From a virus (lineage: Duplodnaviria > Caudoviricetes), in IMG/VR virus record IMGVR_UViG_3300017722_005389: DNA of 64,000 nt. One strand, given 5' to 3'. The notes beneath the pieces were generated by a model. It was not told where the DNA came from. It saw only the letters and a program-made list of their open reading frames with translations, and did not search any database. Of the stretch, positions 59,701-64,000 are shown piece by piece (positions within the stretch are counted from its first letter, which is position 1; every line of letters begins with the position of its first letter). The position numbers were made by a program, and so were the translations under genes.

Positions 59701-62174
59701 AGGATACTGAAAGATATTTACCTGATTTATCAGCATTTTCACAAGAGTTTATTGATAAACTCATAAGTTTTTATGTAAATTGGGTTGTAAATTCTTATAC
59801 TCCAGACCCAAATTTATTAATATCTGATTATACTAATCAAGATAAAAGTTTAGAGAATACGTTATTTAATTTTATGGATCTTTATAGTGTTGGTGCAAAT
59901 AATCCTATTAATGGTTCTCAAAATTTTGCTGCATTTCAATATTATTATGAATTACTTTTAAAAGAATTTACTGAACCTGTTGATTTTTTTGTTAATTCTA
60001 ATTATAATATAGAAATTGAAACAAATAGAGATGGAATTCCAAATGAATTTTCTTTATCTTACTATAAAGAATGGTTATCAACATTTAAAAAACTTTATCT
60101 CAAGAGTAATAATACAACTACAAATACCACTACAACTACTACTGGATCTGATCCGTATTATATAACAGATAAAGACACTAAATTAGCTGCATATAAATAT
60201 TTTAAAAATTTATATGATAAGTGGCTTGCTGGTACTAAAGATGGAAAAGTTTTTAATTCTTGCTCAGGGGGTTTAAGTAATGTTCCAGGTTCTAAGTTAA
60301 TAGATAGATTTCATTTTGTAGATTCGACATTTAATCCAATAGGACATATTGCTGTTGTTGACCCTGAAATGTTAAGAACTTTAACAAATACAGGGGATTT
60401 GCCTTTGTTAAATTTTTTATCTAAACTTTCAGATGCATCAGGGTTTAATAATTTTATTTTACCTTCTTTTGTAAACTATAAAACGCCTAGAGCAGGTTTA
60501 GAAATGTGGAAACCTCAAACTACAGTAGAAAATGTAAATTCTGGTGCAGCATTCTTTTGTGTATATAATAAAAATCAAAGCTCTAAAGTTTTAGACATTG
60601 GTAAAAAATCTTTTTATGTTAATGATGGATTTGATTTTAGAGATACTGACATAGGTAATATACCAACAGGATTTAAAAAGAGGGTTCCTTTGAATATTGA
60701 TCAAATTCCTAAAGATAAAGATAAGTATAATTTAGTTGTATTTAGGGTTGGATATGCGGATCAAAATCAAAACATCTTTAAGACCATAAAGATGAATCAA
60801 ACTGAACATAAAGCTTCTATCGAATTTATTACTAGTCTTGTTGATTATTTTGATTCAAAAGGTGGTACAAAGCCAATGTACAAAAAAGCTAATTTATATA
60901 ACCTATTTTCTTTGAGGTCTTATCAAGTAGATGTTACTTGTCTTGGTAATTTAAATTTGCATCCTTTGAATTACTTTCAACTTGATAATGTTCCATTTTA
61001 TCATGGGGCATATCAAATTATAAAGGTAAATCATAATATAACACCACATAATGCTGAAACAAGTTTTTCTGGTATTAGAATGCCAAGACATTTGCATCCA
61101 ATTGTAAAAACTGTTACAGCTTATGTTAAAATACCATTATCAGATTCTTTATTTAATCAAAATGAAAGACGTAAACCTGTATTCAGACCTTTAGGTGCTA
61201 ATTATTCGGAAGCTGAGATTGCTAAAAATAACTCTGGTTCATCTCCAGGAGTAAAATCTTATAAATTAGGTGAAAATGTTGGTACAGCTACTTCTGTGAC
61301 TACACCTGCATTTACAGGTTCTCTTATGAATATTTCAGGATTATCTGCAAATGAAGTTAAACCATTGAATTTAATTGAAAATGCAACATCTTTAGATAGA
61401 TCTGGTTTATGGGCGAAAAATACACTTTCTCCAAAAATTAATATATCTACTTCTGAATATACTTCATTAATGAACAAAGCGAGACAATCAAATTCTCCTT
61501 CTGCTCAAATAATTTTAACAAATCAAACGGTTTCTAAAGATAAACTTGGCACTTTAGATGCATATCTAAAAGGATTGAATAAAAAACCTTATATTGTAGG
61601 CAAATCGAGGGTTGCAAGACCGCTCACAAATAAAGCTGATCTTGATGCAGCATATGGGTATATTGAATTATCTACTTTACCTGAAGATGATTCTCTTTCA
61701 ACTCCAGGTAGAAAAGAATTTGTTTCGAAATATATAAGAAATTATACTTTACCTTTTAAATTAAGAGGAGTAACAAATAATGGTAATATTATAGATTTAG
61801 GAACATCCTTTCCTTTTCATAAAGAGGTTGGTGATTCTTTTGTTTATGCTATGAAAGAAGTTTTAGATTTCTACGGTCTTGAAAATATTGAAAATCTAGG
61901 TATAAATATATCTGCTGGGACATTTAATTATAGAAGGATGAGGGGTAAGGCTATGCCATCGTTACATGCTTATGGTGCAGCTATAGATTTAGGAGCTGGA
62001 CAGTATTTTAATGCTCATAAATGGACTAAAAAGGATGCATTATTTGCATTACCTGTTTATAGACCTTTTTTAGATATAATGGAAAAATGGGGTTGGTACA
62101 ATCAAGGGAGATATTATAATAACGATTATATGCATTTTCAAGCTGCAACATATGGAAATATAGTAAATTATTAA
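56745..62174 (+). CDS. Baseplate hub-like protein with a C-terminal M15 zinc peptidase
   Basis: N-terminal FGIKSISI...FVDVRG and GNLNLHPLNYFQL...GAYQIIKVNH (hub-like); C-terminal FNYR...SLHAYGAAIDL...DYMHFQ (Peptidase M15). Confidence 0.8.
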   Translation: MGDIETISNDNFFTVVVDPNGLNKQNVRNEDLFIYVDFRSLPKTRSVVQTDGSVTNEVFETKGVSFIASKKQNGSNYLTTDYTNIGGSNPKEEEGFGIKSISIEYGKEFNPIIKIEFVDVRGAGLFNGYETVDDEGILSNNSTFSSFFSLPYPLFKLTVKGFYGKAVSYCLHLMKWSLELDGENGDFKIIAEFQGYTFAFFNDILLKHVITIINMNVGQEALKGHGVISISELVTRLGKLTSISEEYKKNSKTFEELKFINSLLLDRIEILSNSIGEVMTVANISSFGTPLPIPQLKNGTDQLFVRDVALISEEKLETLKFIIEDLGKYVKEYNDFIKTNSSKYPYGNEYKIDDFNISVPTIAYVIDDSTTNIIIDKVKKDGLSDNNALTTTTAIRSRLNLPNNSTKKFYIIDFHKFRKEISQIKSDLSKKKSNVEKKVNDELNSDIETQLNLKLNISNVYEIILGNVEAYLKVVHDYAVAADSPSIQSQRLSAIRGAVTDIPITYENRVFPFPSVFDSNTGEEVWIGDIVGDDNPYFPEIELVRLSLNSAVTSEGKNVKDREKNDSSTSVTPTEGGWMPLSLEHSLPRGRAYFLPNGDPITDTPTEEFSNPYIYKYPSITLNSSEKIIGAYNTDLSNGLFAAYYEMGFDNDTILFLAKLDACFAYNNTNDKYVRDLLNNITLEDFYLFNSIDAIFFMKEPILIGSSIDTKGTVLENLSLNPSFASDSKIIKNIQNQPKRNLIKDVNDEIEAQKKPLEDILIPNKHKTIHRQIDKNTYLIKGDITDLLWTNEVKANIRKFYKSETSNDLLQKDPVSFTISSKINDFSIFDGQINPAVDFVKSIDPNSKFTNIKRSKIGLNLFPSFSTVLSRPTNTDSILDTIYYKSASTTERAYLFLLTTPIDETYDFYEMLSYGGMYKITKMQLAWVSAQFWRAKYIKDFGVDVFVGIFDKVVDNVTNNILTIPDTTSERQLLNELSNQLTQLGKDTERYLPDLSAFSQEFIDKLISFYVNWVVNSYTPDPNLLISDYTNQDKSLENTLFNFMDLYSVGANNPINGSQNFAAFQYYYELLLKEFTEPVDFFVNSNYNIEIETNRDGIPNEFSLSYYKEWLSTFKKLYLKSNNTTTNTTTTTTGSDPYYITDKDTKLAAYKYFKNLYDKWLAGTKDGKVFNSCSGGLSNVPGSKLIDRFHFVDSTFNPIGHIAVVDPEMLRTLTNTGDLPLLNFLSKLSDASGFNNFILPSFVNYKTPRAGLEMWKPQTTVENVNSGAAFFCVYNKNQSSKVLDIGKKSFYVNDGFDFRDTDIGNIPTGFKKRVPLNIDQIPKDKDKYNLVVFRVGYADQNQNIFKTIKMNQTEHKASIEFITSLVDYFDSKGGTKPMYKKANLYNLFSLRSYQVDVTCLGNLNLHPLNYFQLDNVPFYHGAYQIIKVNHNITPHNAETSFSGIRMPRHLHPIVKTVTAYVKIPLSDSLFNQNERRKPVFRPLGANYSEAEIAKNNSGSSPGVKSYKLGENVGTATSVTTPAFTGSLMNISGLSANEVKPLNLIENATSLDRSGLWAKNTLSPKINISTSEYTSLMNKARQSNSPSAQIILTNQTVSKDKLGTLDAYLKGLNKKPYIVGKSRVARPLTNKADLDAAYGYIELSTLPEDDSLSTPGRKEFVSKYIRNYTLPFKLRGVTNNGNIIDLGTSFPFHKEVGDSFVYAMKEVLDFYGLENIENLGINISAGTFNYRRMRGKAMPSLHAYGAAIDLGAGQYFNAHKWTKKDALFALPVYRPFLDIMEKWGWYNQGRYYNNDYMHFQAATYGNIVNY

Positions 62175-62177
62175 AAT

Positions 62178-63035
62178 ATGAAACCATTTATTTACGGAGA
62201 TATCAAAGTATCAGAATTTAATCAAAAAATTACACAATTATTAGACCCTAATAAACCACAATTATTAGGGGTAAGTCCATTTCAAAGTTATAAATGGGTT
62301 TTAGCAGTTTTGGCAGAACTCGGAATCACTTTACCTGAAGATATAGATTCAGCTTGGGTATTATTTACTAAAATTAATGATGTAAGTATGAGATATATCA
62401 ATAAAGATGTATTTTCATTAGGAATTCAAAGTTCTTTTGACAATGCTTTACTTTCAAAAGAAATAAAAAGTGGTTCTATTGTATTTGGTTATTTTCCTGG
62501 ACATCCTTATGTTTTTAGGTCAATAGATAAAATGATCACAAATGTGATTTCACCTGTAAAAATTTTTCAATTAAATAGATTCTTAAAAAGAGATGATAAG
62601 GTAAATTTAAATACATCTGAAAGTGACTTTGGTTTTTTTGATACAACTCCTATGAATAAAATGGTTTTTTCTGAAAAGGGGTATAAAGAAAAATGGGAAG
62701 ATGTTGATAATAAAATTTTGATAAATAAAAAATTACCATTTGCACCTATAAATCACGTTGGGATATATTATAACGGTCATTTTTTTAATTTAACATCTAC
62801 TTTAACTGTTGAAGCTCCTGAAGCATTTAGAGCTGTAGCATTCTATAATTTTAAGAATGGATTTTTAAAGGTTAGAGAACTTTTAGGTGATATTAGAGAT
62901 GCTGTAAATACTGCAAATGACATAGCCAATGAAATAAAAAATGATGTTAGAGTTGTAAATAATGAATTTAATAGAATTGGGAACCTTACTGGCATTGAAG
63001 ATGTTAATAAGGTAATCAAAGATATTAACTTCTAA
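62178..63035 (+). CDS. Hypothetical protein with a degenerate NlpC/P60-like fold
   Basis: QSYKWV..VLAELGITLP, EIKSGSIVFG and NHVGIYY; no Cys anywhere in the protein. Confidence 0.45.
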   Translation: MKPFIYGDIKVSEFNQKITQLLDPNKPQLLGVSPFQSYKWVLAVLAELGITLPEDIDSAWVLFTKINDVSMRYINKDVFSLGIQSSFDNALLSKEIKSGSIVFGYFPGHPYVFRSIDKMITNVISPVKIFQLNRFLKRDDKVNLNTSESDFGFFDTTPMNKMVFSEKGYKEKWEDVDNKILINKKLPFAPINHVGIYYNGHFFNLTSTLTVEAPEAFRAVAFYNFKNGFLKVRELLGDIRDAVNTANDIANEIKNDVRVVNNEFNRIGNLTGIEDVNKVIKDINF

Positions 63036-63547
63036 TGAAAATCGGTAATATTCTAACGAATTCTTTATACGTTCCAGATTATTTGAATAATGTTTCTTTT
63101 GTGGAAGAATGTGTTCCTACGATTATTGTCGGATGGAAAGCTGCAAAAGAACTTTATCCAGATATGTCATTAAGAGATTGGAAAATTTCCGATAATATTT
63201 ATTGGACTATGGATAGTCAAGATGATAAAATGAAAATGGAAAGTGATCTTTTGAGGTTTAAATCTATATGTTTGGACACCATAATAAAAAAATATCAGTT
63301 CACTTATATTGATTTATTGCTGAATCCTTCACCAGCACTTGATTTCAGCCATTCCGACAAAATACTTTTGACAAACAGTATAATCTATATTAAGAATCTC
63401 AAAAGTATTGTCTCTATATCTTTAGAATTAAGTAGTAGTGTAGGTTATGATATATTTAAACTTATTCCTAATAATATTTTAGTGTTGGATGAAACAGCCG
63501 AAAACAAATTTGGCGTGGAAAATAAATTTTTATTATGTTTTTTATAG
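63035..63547 (+). CDS. Hypothetical protein
   Basis: 170 aa, TAATG-coupled to the upstream gene. Confidence 0.6.
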   Translation: MKIGNILTNSLYVPDYLNNVSFVEECVPTIIVGWKAAKELYPDMSLRDWKISDNIYWTMDSQDDKMKMESDLLRFKSICLDTIIKKYQFTYIDLLLNPSPALDFSHSDKILLTNSIIYIKNLKSIVSISLELSSSVGYDIFKLIPNNILVLDETAENKFGVENKFLLCFL

Positions 63548-63593
63548 TTAATGATATTTATAATAAAACAAATTAACTTAAAACCTTAAAACT

Positions 63594-63731
63594 ATGGCAT
63601 GCGGAAAACCTGTTGGAAGAGTATTCACAAATGGACTTTGTTTGAATCCTAAAACAAACTACAGATATAATCAAGACACTGCTTCAGATAATATTGTAGC
63701 GATCTTCAAAGCAAAATATAATTTACTATGA
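63594..63731 (+). CDS. Small hypothetical protein (45 aa)
   Basis: Hand translation MACGKPVGRVFTNGLCLNP...KYNLL; TATTTATA at 63555-63562; ATGA-coupled to the next ORF. Confidence 0.55.
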   Translation: MACGKPVGRVFTNGLCLNPKTNYRYNQDTASDNIVAIFKAKYNLL

Positions 63732-63901
63732 TTAATGATAAAAAGAATGAAGCACTTGATGCCTTTTTAGGTGAAGAAAGTGTGAAAGAAACAAAAAAAG
63801 AAACTGTAAAAACAGTTAAAAAAACATCTAAATCAGGCGAAATCGTAGAACATGTTGAGAAGAAACTTGTTCTTGAAGATGGAAGACAACTTTTAATATG
63901 A
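63728..63901 (+). CDS. Small hypothetical protein (57 aa)
   Basis: Hand translation MINDKKNEALDAFLGEE...LVLEDGRQLLI; ATGA overlaps at both ends. Confidence 0.6.
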   Translation: MINDKKNEALDAFLGEESVKETKKETVKTVKKTSKSGEIVEHVEKKLVLEDGRQLLI

Positions 63902-64000
63902 GAAAATTGGATATTGACAAAATCAGTAGAAGACTAATACAGATAACAGAGGCTATTAGCCCTGAAAGTTATTATTCTTTAGATGAAGACGATGTATTGA
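63898..64000 (+). CDS. Partial ORF running off the right edge
   Basis: MRKLDIDKISRRLIQITEAISPESYYSLDEDDVL..., open to the window end. Confidence 0.55.
   Translation, partial: MRKLDIDKISRRLIQITEAISPESYYSLDEDDVL

Noticed and set aside
522-61477. Numerous short antisense or alternate-frame ORFs in the track (e.g. 522-836, 34804-35175, 37727-38146, 49273-49659)
   Set aside because: They lie within well-supported genes on the other strand or frame and show no motifs; they are shadow ORFs.
1-64000. Genome-wide alternative genetic code (TGA=Trp or TAG=Gln)
   Set aside because: Very long ORFs are intact in code 11, Trp is encoded by TGG, and TGA ends many genes in ATGA overlaps. TAG also ends genes (1870-1872, 25117-25119). 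Only the dUTPase shows an internal stop.
1-64000. tRNA, rRNA or CRISPR arrays
   Set aside because: Intergenic gaps are all under about 100 bp and show no cloverleaf or repeat-spacer patterns.

Overview
This 64 kb window looks like a gene-dense, very AT-rich segment of a large (jumbo-type) contractile-tailed phage genome; no host chromosomal genes are recognisable. A Bacteroidota host is inferred from A-rich start regions that lack Shine-Dalgarno sequences. Left to right: structural and spike genes, then a sigma-like factor (about 0.4-7 kb). Next is an approximately 14 kb co-directional glycan biosynthesis and modification island (7-21 kb): 10 glycosyltransferase-like genes, a GT11 fucosyltransferase among them, plus 2 methyltransferases, an acetyltransferase, an aminotransferase and a UDP-sugar dehydrogenase, with an eleventh GT at 25-26 kb. 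Then come a beta-lactamase-fold hydrolase, an IMPDH/GMPR-family enzyme and a dUTPase interrupted by an in-frame TGA, small putative virion or internal proteins, a family B DNA polymerase, a neck protein and an SF2 helicase. The window ends with the tail module: head and tail completion proteins, sheath, tube, chaperones, tape measure, and baseplate proteins carrying OmpA-like, LysM-like, M15 peptidase and degenerate NlpC/P60 domains. The most promising candidate system is phage-encoded virion glycosylation. Other notable signals are a 60-bp direct repeat bracketing the ugd cassette, a recurrent TATTTATA upstream motif, a shared LFETYxxVIxE-type targeting motif and a possible +1 frameshift in the tail chaperone. 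All functional calls come from motif recognition by eye; no database searches were run.
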